DNA of 57,518 nucleotides from a virus (lineage: Duplodnaviria > Caudoviricetes), in the IMG/VR virus record IMGVR_UViG_3300009502_002970, positions 1 through 57,518 of that record. One strand, given 5' to 3'. Position numbers and translations under genes: made by a program. Positions 27,933 through 36,547 of the stretch are shown piece by piece. Each line of letters opens with the position of its first letter. Positions within the stretch are counted from its first letter, which is position 1. The notes beneath the pieces were generated by a model. The model worked only from the letters and a program-made list of their open reading frames with translations. It was not told where the DNA came from and did not search any database.

Positions 27933-29358
27933 GGATCGGGAGTGTTTTGGCCGGTGAATCATCGTGCCAGTGAATTTTAAAAAATGGGTTCTTGTACTGA
28001 TGCCCGGGAATCGCTTCCGGAAGGATCCCCATGAGCTTGCATATTACCGGAAATGATATCTGATCCTGGTAGGTCCACTTGATATTTTCCCACCACCATT
28101 TCGCCATCAGCTCGCGGATGCGCGGCGAACCTATTTTTCTTACCATCACCCCACAGGCCCACAAGCCTCCATGGGGCGGGTACAACTGCATGTAGAAATT
28201 GGTTTGAGCATTGATGTCCTGGCCGATGTACTTGATAAGCTCCTGCGATGCCTTTGCCTCTTCGTAGATGCAGTCACGTTGCGGGTGCCGGTACAGGGCA
28301 ATGTCACCGGTGCATGATTCAACCATAAACTTAACGAAGTCATTGGATGTGATCTCGATAGATCCGTCGATAAAGATCACGGTTTCATAGCCTGCCAGGG
28401 TAGCTGCTTCCCATGGGAACATCTTGAAAAACTTTGCCCTCATGCGTGGATGCAGGCAGTAATTCGGGTATGATACCGGGATGATCTGCCACCTGGGTGA
28501 ATCATGATCTTTCCCACCCGGTGCCGGATGCCTCATGATCATGTGGATATCGTCGGTGATGCAGTAGAAGTCTGCGTCAACCGACTGTTTTGGAATGATG
28601 TGAAGTTTGGCATAATCGTTAAAGATAGTAGTGTAGATAGCGATTCTTTTTTTTTCAGGAAGGAATGCCGAAATCTTGAGGTCTTCTTTTAATATCTGAC
28701 GCCAGGCAGGACCATATATTTTGGTCATTCCGAAGTTAAGTTCCTGCTTAGCATTTTCTTCATACTCCACCAGCGTCCCCACGGTGTTGATCGTTTGCTG
28801 TCCCATGTGATGGAACACGGAACCGTCATCACAGCAGAGTTTCAGGCCAGCAGCGCGCATGCGCAGCGCCCAGTCGAATTCAACACCATAACCGCGTTCG
28901 AATGTTTCATTGAAGAACCCGATGCGATCGAATACCCAGCGGCTGATCACCGGTGCAGTGAACTCGATACAGGTAACTTCACGAACACCTGGTGAACCAT
29001 TGTTCCTACAGCTGGGCATCCAGCAGTTGTATGCCGGGGTGATCATGTCATACACACACTCATCCATCAACTGTTCAATACGCCTGATCGATGCCGGTGC
29101 GATTTCAATATCAGAGTTCATCAGCCAGTAAGCATCATACCAGGTATGATCCATGTGCATGAGGTGCCGGAGCGCCCTGTTCCAGTTCCTGGTAAATCCA
29201 AGGTTATCCTCAAACCGGTACACGGTATGCTCCGGCATAACAGATGAGAATGGGATATCACTCCCGTTATCAATCACGATAGAATCCGGTACCATGGCAC
29301 ACAGCCTGGAGGTAACCTCAGGTGTATTGTAATGAAGGATGAGCTTTGCTATTTCCAT
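27922..29358 (-). CDS. Two-domain glycosyltransferase (GT2-like plus DUF616/TOD1-MUCI70-like)
   Basis: N-half IDNGS, NLGF, LMNSD; C-half IYTTIFNDY, IFIDGS, HPQRDCIYEE, DQISF. Confidence 0.8.
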   Translation of the reverse strand: MEIAKLILHYNTPEVTSRLCAMVPDSIVIDNGSDIPFSSVMPEHTVYRFEDNLGFTRNWNRALRHLMHMDHTWYDAYWLMNSDIEIAPASIRRIEQLMDECVYDMITPAYNCWMPSCRNNGSPGVREVTCIEFTAPVISRWVFDRIGFFNETFERGYGVEFDWALRMRAAGLKLCCDDGSVFHHMGQQTINTVGTLVEYEENAKQELNFGMTKIYGPAWRQILKEDLKISAFLPEKKRIAIYTTIFNDYAKLHIIPKQSVDADFYCITDDIHMIMRHPAPGGKDHDSPRWQIIPVSYPNYCLHPRMRAKFFKMFPWEAATLAGYETVIFIDGSIEITSNDFVKFMVESCTGDIALYRHPQRDCIYEEAKASQELIKYIGQDINAQTNFYMQLYPPHGGLWACGVMVRKIGSPRIRELMAKWWWENIKWTYQDQISFPVICKLMGILPEAIPGHQYKNPFFKIHWHDDSPAKTLPIHAN

Positions 29359-30110
29359 AGTTCAAACTTTGACGGGTTAGGGAATTTTTCCTCCAGGAAT
29401 CGTTGAAGGTTTTCATTCAATCCGGCGGCGTTATGATTCAGGTAGGTCCTACCCTCGCAGATCCGGGCAATATCACCAGTATTGTCGCTGTAAAATTCGT
29501 TCTCCTGGGTACCATAGAACTGCACGGCATATGATTTCGACCATAACCGGGGCTGTGAGAACGGATAGAATGTATTCCAGTACAGTGAAGAGGTGAGCAA
29601 TCTTTTCTCCAAAGCTCCATACACATCGATGATCCAGCTCATGCGATGTTTGTTGAAGACTTCAGGCAGGTGCGTTTCCGTGTTCCATGCCATGTAACCT
29701 TTCTGCCTGAGCACACCCAGGGTCTTATACAGCTGGTCCCACCAGGTGCCATACCTGCGTGGCACTTTCTCGAACGCATACATGGCCTTGAACTGTCCCA
29801 GCTCTACCAGGTCAGCATCGGCCAGCACATAGATGTCATCGTACATGCGGATGAACTGATCAGTGGTATCAGCATGACCAATGAAAAGCAAGAGTTTTGT
29901 AATTGCATCATAGAGGGTATTCTCCGGGATCCCCTCTATCCTGGTATGAGGAATCACGTTGACCGTTTCCGGATTTATCCATGAAGGGATATCGCCCACG
30001 ATCCACACCCGGAAATCGAATTTAAAATGCTGCTCGATACTCCTGAGGGAATAACGCAGCTCCTGCCAGGAAGCTTCGCGTTCAAAATATGGGTAGTACA
30101 CATCGATCAT
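29349..30110 (-). CDS. Stealth-like glycosyl/hexose-1-phosphate transferase
   Basis: IDVYYPY (CR1-like), ELRYSLRSIE and FIRMYDDIY (CR2-like), H-x-P. Confidence 0.65.
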   Translation of the reverse strand: MIDVYYPYFEREASWQELRYSLRSIEQHFKFDFRVWIVGDIPSWINPETVNVIPHTRIEGIPENTLYDAITKLLLFIGHADTTDQFIRMYDDIYVLADADLVELGQFKAMYAFEKVPRRYGTWWDQLYKTLGVLRQKGYMAWNTETHLPEVFNKHRMSWIIDVYGALEKRLLTSSLYWNTFYPFSQPRLWSKSYAVQFYGTQENEFYSDNTGDIARICEGRTYLNHNAAGLNENLQRFLEEKFPNPSKFELWK

Positions 30111-30150
30111 GAAGCAAAACTAAATTTACAATTGTAAATTCTAAAGGACA
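30111..30150 (-). promoter_or_regulatory. Putative late promoter TGTCCTTT-N20-TAGTTTTG, leaderless
   Basis: Perfect Bacteroidota -7 element; motif starts 40 nt before ATG 30110. Confidence 0.8.
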
Positions 30151-30162
30151 TAAACACCAACG

Positions 30163-30190
30163 AAAAGAGCCGGTCATCGACCGGCTCTTT
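30163..30190 (-). terminator. Rho-independent terminator
   Basis: aaagagccggtc/gaccggctcttt stem after tube gene. Confidence 0.8.
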
Positions 30191-30229
30191 AAGAAACGCA
30201 ACTACTAACCCCAGGAAGGAAACAGTGTC

Positions 30230-30925
30230 TTACCAGGATGCTGATCCCGGATCATACTTGATGGCGCCAGTGTAGATACCCATGGGGTTCTTCTGTTTGG
30301 CACCGAATGTGATGGTGTGGCCTTTATCTTTCTCAACGGTGGCACCCCAGGCAGACTGAATGTCATCGATTAAGGTGAGAAAGCAGGGTTCACCAATGAC
30401 ATAACGTTTGCCATCGGCGTTGTTCTGGATGATGATGATGCCTTCGAATGCATACCCGTACTGGGCGATCCATGATAACACGGCGTTGCCCCATCCCGGG
30501 TAGAATCCCTTGAGCTGGATCTCATACCCCCCGGAGTCCTTGTTGGAACCCTTGATTTTCTTCTGCGACGGTTCGATAACATCCGATGTCATGTAGAACC
30601 GGTGCATGTACTTTCCGGCCTTCAGAGGTATGTCAGCGATGGTTTCCCCGGTTGCTCCCCTGGCCGGATATGTTAACCAGTCAATATTTTCGGAAGGGAT
30701 TAAAAGGATCTCGGATTTCAACCCTCCTCCTGATCCGGGGTTAGACCCTGCAGGTCTTGCAAGGTCGATCAGGGAAACGCAGAGCGCCCCGGCCGGAGCC
30801 TTAAGGAATGACATGGCCACCATGGGGAGCATCACCCAAAGGGGATTAATCTCCAGCACGGCCCCGATGGCGCCACCCACGATGATCACCATCAGTACGA
30901 TTGTTAATATTCTTGCTATTTTCAT
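30230..30925 (-). CDS. Tail tube/major tail-like protein with hydrophobic N-terminal extension
   Basis: Follows capsid gene; ~45 aa hydrophobic N-terminus, then a beta-rich domain resembling 33413-33919. Confidence 0.55.
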   Translation of the reverse strand: MKIARILTIVLMVIIVGGAIGAVLEINPLWVMLPMVAMSFLKAPAGALCVSLIDLARPAGSNPGSGGGLKSEILLIPSENIDWLTYPARGATGETIADIPLKAGKYMHRFYMTSDVIEPSQKKIKGSNKDSGGYEIQLKGFYPGWGNAVLSWIAQYGYAFEGIIIIQNNADGKRYVIGEPCFLTLIDDIQSAWGATVEKDKGHTITFGAKQKNPMGIYTGAIKYDPGSASW

Positions 30926-31026
30926 ATCGGTAAGGATAAATTGTTTGTTAAAAGTGAATTATGATCCACAGTTCCCGGGGAGCGCCTCATTATAGGCGCT
31001 GCCCGGGACGGTGGATTTGTCCAGGC

Positions 31027-31995
31027 CTAGTTGGAGGCGCTGCCCGGATCAGGAACGAATGCGAAGATGGCTTCCTGGATGGCAAAGCCAACATTTTCGT
31101 ACCAGTCAGCGAACATGAACACCTGGCGTTTCTGAGCCTCGATCTGCGGGGTAGACGCGCCGTCGTTTGACTTGATCAGGCGGATAAAGTTCGCCTTTGG
31201 CGTTGCAAACAGGATGTCACTGCCGATCATGGAAGGAAGCGGCTGCAGGGTAAGGTTGGTTCCGTCAATCACGGCATTGCCGAACTTGCCATAATCCATC
31301 ACGTTGCCATGGAGGTCCCTTTTTTTTCGGACGTAATAGGTGAAGTTCTCCTGGCTGCAGAACACGTTCATCGGGATTGACCTGTACGGTCCTACCACGA
31401 TGTCGGCAAACTGTTCGATCTGGGTGAACGCGTTGGCGGCTGTGATAGCCACGTTGTTTTTCGCCCAGTTTACCTTGTTGGTACCATCGGCCTTGAGGGC
31501 CTTAAGTACGGTGAGGAACCCGTCCATTGACAAGCCTGTAGCCTGGGCAGTTCCGGCCACGGGATCAGCGTACTGACCTTTGGCTATCAGGTTAAGCTCG
31601 CGATCCTGGGCAGCCTGCTGGATGAGCATCTGGTACAGGATATACTTGGTGAAAGGCCACTGGTCGCGGGTCTTGCTTTCATCGGCAAGGAATCCCAACC
31701 AGCTGCCGTACACCTCATCCGGGTAAATCTCGACATCAAACTTGTGACGGCGATGACCGATGTGGATCGGGGTGAATGCCGGCGTACCTTTAGGAGTCCA
31801 GCTTTTCTGAAATCCCTGGGTGATGTTTCCGATGGTCGCCTGCGCCGCGCGGAAGTCATCATTCTGCTTGACCGTGGTCATGAAGTTCATTGATTCCGTG
31901 CCCTGCAGTAAGGCCCTGCGGATATCATTCTCATTTTGGCCCAGGAAGGTGCCGAATTCGGCCATCAGCTGGGTAATATTTACTGTGTTTGCCAT
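31027..31995 (-). CDS. Major capsid protein
   Basis: 322 aa directly after protease/scaffold; strong codon bias; QGFQKSWTPKG, MDGFL. Confidence 0.8.
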   Translation of the reverse strand: MANTVNITQLMAEFGTFLGQNENDIRRALLQGTESMNFMTTVKQNDDFRAAQATIGNITQGFQKSWTPKGTPAFTPIHIGHRRHKFDVEIYPDEVYGSWLGFLADESKTRDQWPFTKYILYQMLIQQAAQDRELNLIAKGQYADPVAGTAQATGLSMDGFLTVLKALKADGTNKVNWAKNNVAITAANAFTQIEQFADIVVGPYRSIPMNVFCSQENFTYYVRKKRDLHGNVMDYGKFGNAVIDGTNLTLQPLPSMIGSDILFATPKANFIRLIKSNDGASTPQIEAQKRQVFMFADWYENVGFAIQEAIFAFVPDPGSASN

Positions 31996-32046
31996 TTTGA
32001 AATGGATTATTGGTGGATAACTTGAGTTTCTTTCTCGCGCTCCGGG

Positions 32047-33345
32047 TTACATGGCCTCGTCAGCGAGTTTATTATGAGCGTAACTGTCAGATGCAATCTG
32101 CTCCGGGGTGCGGTCGGCTTTCTTTCCTGCCCTGGTTTCCTGCCCGGCATCAGAAGCCAGTAACGCTTCATGCTGCCTGGTCAATTCGGCAAAGGCAGAC
32201 TGCAGGCAGATATGATCTTCGCTGATCTGGGTCAGCCGGGTGATCTCAGCATCCTTCGCCTCGATAGTGGCGTTCTGATCTGTCAGCCGGTCGTTAAGCT
32301 GGTCAATCATTTCCGGGGTGATATCGTTGGAAGTCACATCACCGGTATACCCGAAAAAACTTGCAATGGCAAGCCATGTTGCCTTCATTTTGATATTCAT
32401 GATATGGGAAGTTAAATTTGGTGTCTTATTGGAAAACTTTTCTGACGGTATTGTAACCGCGGTCTGGATTGCATACTGAAATGAACCTATCTCATCAACC
32501 AAACCCATGCCAATGGCATCTGAGGCGCTATAGATCGCTCCCTTCATGCATGCCGGGTTAACCTGGGGCCGACGGGCCAGTACCTGTGACTTGAACATGT
32601 TAACGATCGGATCGAGCAGGCTCTCGCGAACCGGTTGATATTTTCCGGCCTTGATATCTGCGATCGCCTGGTTCTTTTCGGTGGAATCGGTTGCATAAAC
32701 TTCATGCAGCACGATGCCTTCCTTTGCCAGGTAACCTTCCATGTCGGCCCACACCAGCATGGACCCGATGGATCCTACCATGTCAAGCTCGGAAGAACAG
32801 ATGATTTTCTTTGCAGCTGAAGCGATCCAGTAACCGGCGCTGGCCGCGCAGCCTTCAACATAGGCAACCACGGGAGTCTCGCAGCACGCGATAGCATTGC
32901 ACAGGATATCGGTGTAAGAGCTTTGTCCACCAGGTGTGTCGATGTGAAGCACGATGGCCAGTACTGACATATCATTGTCAGCTGCGATGATGTCATTCGC
33001 GATGGATGTCGTTCCCCTGGGCCCACAGAACTGATCATACTTCATGAGCTCGCCATGAATGGGGATCACCACGACCTGACATGGATCCGGGCAGCAAGCA
33101 TCATGACCATCGGCAGGCTCGTTGGGATCTTCCCCCTGCGAAGGATCGTAAGGCATGGGTGTGGCGCCGGTCTGATCACTGAGGTTGATTACATAAGGCT
33201 TGTGTTTAGCGCGCTCGGCTGAAAAATCTTCATGAGCGGTTTGTTCACCCCGGATCAGGGAAACGAGTCTGGCTCCATATATGCCTGAATTTTCAGCATA
33301 CAGAAGCCAGGGAGATGAAAAGATTCTTGAAAGGAGCGTGTTCAT
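32047..33345 (-). CDS. S49 family prohead protease with C-terminal scaffold-like coiled coil
   Basis: IDTPGG, AASAGYWIAS, VGSIG, GLVDEIG. Confidence 0.92.
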   Translation of the reverse strand: MNTLLSRIFSSPWLLYAENSGIYGARLVSLIRGEQTAHEDFSAERAKHKPYVINLSDQTGATPMPYDPSQGEDPNEPADGHDACCPDPCQVVVIPIHGELMKYDQFCGPRGTTSIANDIIAADNDMSVLAIVLHIDTPGGQSSYTDILCNAIACCETPVVAYVEGCAASAGYWIASAAKKIICSSELDMVGSIGSMLVWADMEGYLAKEGIVLHEVYATDSTEKNQAIADIKAGKYQPVRESLLDPIVNMFKSQVLARRPQVNPACMKGAIYSASDAIGMGLVDEIGSFQYAIQTAVTIPSEKFSNKTPNLTSHIMNIKMKATWLAIASFFGYTGDVTSNDITPEMIDQLNDRLTDQNATIEAKDAEITRLTQISEDHICLQSAFAELTRQHEALLASDAGQETRAGKKADRTPEQIASDSYAHNKLADEAM

Positions 33346-33362
33346 TGTATCCGGTTATCGAG

Positions 33363-33402
33363 GATACAATATTAAAACCCACCCGGGGATTAATAAAGGA
33401 CT
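33363..33402 (-). promoter_or_regulatory. Late promoter variant AGTCCTTT-N20-TAATATTG with 17-nt leader
   Basis: Same internal spacing as the other copies; TGTATCC/GGATACA inverted repeat overlaps the leader. Confidence 0.7.
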
Positions 33403-33412
33403 GAAAATTACA

Positions 33413-33919
33413 TCAGTCGCCAAACGTGGGATCCGGAACCCAACCGGTGCCACCGGCAGCCTTGTAACTGGCCGGGGCAGAAAACGCGCCGGTAAATACC
33501 ACTTCCCAGCCGTTATACCCTTCCACGTTAGCCGGTTTTGTAAGAGTCCCAAGTTTCTTCATTGGGATATCCATGGTCCCAAAGTAACGGGATACCCCAT
33601 TTTTGTCGATCAGGTTAATCACCAGATGACGGTTATTCATAGCATACAATGCGATCTCGACATCAGACCGGTCCTTAGGGATGAGCATCTTGATCTCGTA
33701 GGAATACTTGATGCCGGCCGGTGTCGGATCCTCCTTGCACGTGAGCTGTATGGTCTCATCGGTAGCGTAGAGGTTATTCCAAACCTTACCAGTTTTCAGC
33801 GTGATCACGCCAACCATGGTGACAGGGTTTACGTTATATGAAAGGATATCATCCTTGAATACGAACAGGACCGGGTTGACTCCCCCGATATTTCCATTTG
33901 TGTTTTTCAGAACTGCCAT
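33413..33919 (-). CDS. Tail tube-like paralogue
   Basis: Shares GG, I.LK.GK, NG..Y.G and G...F pattern with 30230-30925. Confidence 0.5.
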   Translation of the reverse strand: MAVLKNTNGNIGGVNPVLFVFKDDILSYNVNPVTMVGVITLKTGKVWNNLYATDETIQLTCKEDPTPAGIKYSYEIKMLIPKDRSDVEIALYAMNNRHLVINLIDKNGVSRYFGTMDIPMKKLGTLTKPANVEGYNGWEVVFTGAFSAPASYKAAGGTGWVPDPTFGD

Positions 33920-33931
33920 TTTCGATTGAAA

Positions 33932-34528
33932 TTATATGATAAAAAATAGGTGACCTATCGTCTTTCTATTGCTGTCAATAAAACCGTGCCTAATCGATTT
34001 TTTTCTTGCCCGGTAATATGCTTTTGAAATCATGTCGAAGGTGATATCATCCCGCCGGATATTCATCTGGCTGCAAAACTCGTTTACAACTGCCTGGATT
34101 GATCCTTTCTGAGTTTTTGTTTCCAGGCGATAACGGACCTTGTCATCACAGTAGAACCTGAAGTGCAGCCTGAAGTGTGCTTCTACGATCTGCTGTATGG
34201 CCTGTTGATTCTTGAGCGATATCCACGCGGTATTGCGCCGCACTTCGAACTCGTGGAAGTATGGCAACGCGAAGGTGAATGAATATCCTTCCTGGTTCTT
34301 CTGGTACCGGTCGAACTGGAAGTTTGGTTTTGCCCTGGGCGGCATGCGTTCCAGGAATGGGAAGATGAGTTTACCCAGGTAAGAGTTCTTGGTTGCGCAA
34401 AGAAGGTCCCCTTCCGGAAACTTGCTTTCCATGTTCATTATGTAACGGATGTAATCCTGCAGGTAAGGCCTCATCTTGATCGTGATGGTTGGCCTTTCTA
34501 ATTCATATTGCTGGGTTTCCTGTTCCAT
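33932..34528 (-). CDS. Hypothetical protein, candidate late transcription regulator
   Basis: At early/late boundary; basic C-terminal helix (KAYYRARKK). Confidence 0.5.
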   Translation of the reverse strand: MEQETQQYELERPTITIKMRPYLQDYIRYIMNMESKFPEGDLLCATKNSYLGKLIFPFLERMPPRAKPNFQFDRYQKNQEGYSFTFALPYFHEFEVRRNTAWISLKNQQAIQQIVEAHFRLHFRFYCDDKVRYRLETKTQKGSIQAVVNEFCSQMNIRRDDITFDMISKAYYRARKKSIRHGFIDSNRKTIGHLFFII

Positions 34529-34564
34529 GGGTGCGAATATAGTTTATGATTTGTTTTTGATAAA

Positions 34565-34596
34565 GGCCGTCCCATGGCAGGGACGGCCGGCTTTTT
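34565..34596. terminator. Hairpin at end of early operon, overlapping a degenerate late promoter (34530-34569)
   Basis: ggccgtccc/gggacggcc stem; CGGCCTTT-N20-TATATTCG on - strand. Confidence 0.6.
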
Positions 34597-34875
34597 CTAC
34601 TCTTTTTCTGACGACTGATTTTTGTAGTCGTTCAAAGTTTCCAATAATTCCGAAAGTTCCTGGTAAACGAAGGCCATGTGAGCCCGGTGCTCCTGGGTCC
34701 ACACGGCCGACTCCTCGGCGCTGATGGCTGCTACGAACATCTGCCTGATTGTTTTAATTGCATCTCCAACACTTGTGAATGTAAAGAATTTGTCCAGGAT
34801 CACCAGTATCGAGGGATCAACCGGGCCAGTGCATGCAACACATGCACTCTGAGTCTGTGTTTCTTCGGAATTCAT
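34597..34875 (-). CDS. Hypothetical CxxC protein; paralogue of 16265-16600
   Basis: Alignable by eye over most of its length. Confidence 0.65.
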   Translation of the reverse strand: MNSEETQTQSACVACTGPVDPSILVILDKFFTFTSVGDAIKTIRQMFVAAISAEESAVWTQEHRAHMAFVYQELSELLETLNDYKNQSSEKE

Positions 34876-34947
34876 GGGGTTAAGTTTAGTTATGCAACAT
34901 TAACGTAACATCATCATGCGATTGTTTCGTAAATAATGAATTTATTT

Positions 34948-35133
34948 CTAAAAATAATGTTCAATATCAGGTTTGGGTAATGGCATAGGATGGGTGTTAC
35001 GTATATCACGCAATTTTTCATCGAGCTCTTCTTTGGTAAGCTTTGGTTTTGCTGTAGTTACCGGGGGAATAATGGATTCAGCTTTTGTCTGATCAATGAT
35101 ATCTATTGATTTAGGAACCGTAGATGGTAACAA
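34948..35133 (-). CDS. Small hypothetical protein
   Basis: 61 aa in early gene run. Confidence 0.45.
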   Translation of the reverse strand: MLPSTVPKSIDIIDQTKAESIIPPVTTAKPKLTKEELDEKLRDIRNTHPMPLPKPDIEHYF

Positions 35134-35139
35134 CGATTT

Positions 35140-35526
35140 TTACACCCTGATACTTTCACGGGCAAGTGCGCGCTGCTTAATATTGGATAAGTATTTTTGG
35201 CATTTTTCTCCACATCCACGCTGAGTTGCACGTTGTGGAGTGAACCAGGATCCACATACCTCGCATTTAATATTTGCATACTTGGTAAACTTTTTGTGAC
35301 GATGAATAGGATCAGCTGGCGGCGGATCAACTGTTTCCTGCACGGGGTCTGATGTTGATTCAATTTCTTTGATCTGTTGATTACAAGCTTCGATAAATTC
35401 CTGCGGAGTTTCAACCATACTTTCACCATTGAGCGCGGAGATGGCAGCGCGTAACTGTTTTATCTTCCCCAAATGATCATCAATGATGGAATACATTTCG
35501 AAGATTATTTCAAGTTCTGTTTTCAT
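35140..35526 (-). CDS. Hypothetical protein with C-terminal zinc finger
   Basis: CEVCGSWF...CGEKC. Confidence 0.7.
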   Translation of the reverse strand: MKTELEIIFEMYSIIDDHLGKIKQLRAAISALNGESMVETPQEFIEACNQQIKEIESTSDPVQETVDPPPADPIHRHKKFTKYANIKCEVCGSWFTPQRATQRGCGEKCQKYLSNIKQRALARESIRV

Positions 35527-35548
35527 GTTGTTTTTTTTTGACTGTTAA

Positions 35549-35869
35549 TTACTCGGCATCAGCTTTCATGTCTCCCATGAGATCCCGGATTGGATCATGG
35601 CTCTTGAACTTAGGTTTGTGCGACACGTATTCATGATCCTCATGGATGGTGATGTCGGTAAACTTATCACCGTTGTATACCGGATCATTTTTTTTCATCA
35701 CGGAGTGAAGAATATCTGACACTTGTCTCAACTTTGGTTCTGCTGGATAAATATCCAGCGTGTAACCATTTGGCAACAATGATTCTATTGCCAATAATTC
35801 ATCATCACTGACTTGAACTACCTGGTCGAATTCAACGACCGTTTTAAACTGAACTCTTACTTTTTTCAT
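35549..35869 (-). CDS. Hypothetical protein
   Basis: 106 aa, operonic. Confidence 0.6.
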   Translation of the reverse strand: MKKVRVQFKTVVEFDQVVQVSDDELLAIESLLPNGYTLDIYPAEPKLRQVSDILHSVMKKNDPVYNGDKFTDITIHEDHEYVSHKPKFKSHDPIRDLMGDMKADAE

Positions 35870-36068
35870 GTTTAACTGGGGTTTTAGGGTTAATAATCAA
35901 CTGTATTCCTCTTTTAGCAAAACTGTTATATAGTGATCTGGCCAGCTTATGCAGCTCGCCAGCGGTTGGCTCCCAGGCTGAGAATTCCGGGCGAAGCAGC
36001 ACGCTGATCAGCGCTTCCTGCAGTGCCGCGAAATCAGCGGGTTCTTTGACTATGTTACTCTTGTTCAT
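35844..36068 (-). CDS. Hypothetical protein
   Basis: 74 aa, overlapping neighbours. Confidence 0.55.
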   Translation of the reverse strand: MNKSNIVKEPADFAALQEALISVLLRPEFSAWEPTAGELHKLARSLYNSFAKRGIQLIINPKTPVKHEKSKSSV

Positions 36069-36312
36069 TTTCTTTTACAAATACGCGATCCTCGTCGATG
36101 AATGGCTGAAGGAACTCGCTGGTTAAATTCATCGATACCTCGCAGATCTGGAATACATCCTCGTAATCCACCCACTGGATCAGGAAGGTCATCCCGATCT
36201 TTCTTTTTCCATTTTCGGTGAAATCTGCTAACGTTGCCCTGCGGAAATTGTCTGGCAATTTGTCATAGTGTGGGCAACCATGCTTTGTGTACTTTATTTC
36301 CATTTCAATCAT
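36055..36312 (-). CDS. Hypothetical protein
   Basis: 85 aa, A-rich leader. Confidence 0.6.
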   Translation of the reverse strand: MIEMEIKYTKHGCPHYDKLPDNFRRATLADFTENGKRKIGMTFLIQWVDYEDVFQICEVSMNLTSEFLQPFIDEDRVFVKENEQE

Positions 36313-36370
36313 TTTTTGTCATTTTTTGATGAAAATAAAAAAAAACAGCGTTTGCCAAACCGAAATGTCC

Positions 36371-36487
36371 ACACCTACACACCTACAGACCATACAAGCA
36401 CCTACAGCGACCATACAGACACCTACAATATTTTCGTAGGTATATATATAATAATCAATAATATATAATCTTGTATGGTGTGTAGGT
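36371..36487. repeat. Origin-like cluster of CCTACA/CATACA repeats with an inverted set
   Basis: Six direct (C)C[T/A]TACA-type units at 36371-36427, AT-rich spacer, inverted tgtatggtgtgtaggt at 36472-36487; directly downstream of helicase. Confidence 0.7.
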
Positions 36488-36547
36488 ATTGAAAAACGCA
36501 TTTTTGCCAGGTATTTTGTGTTTTTTTTTCTTTTTTCGCTGATGCTG

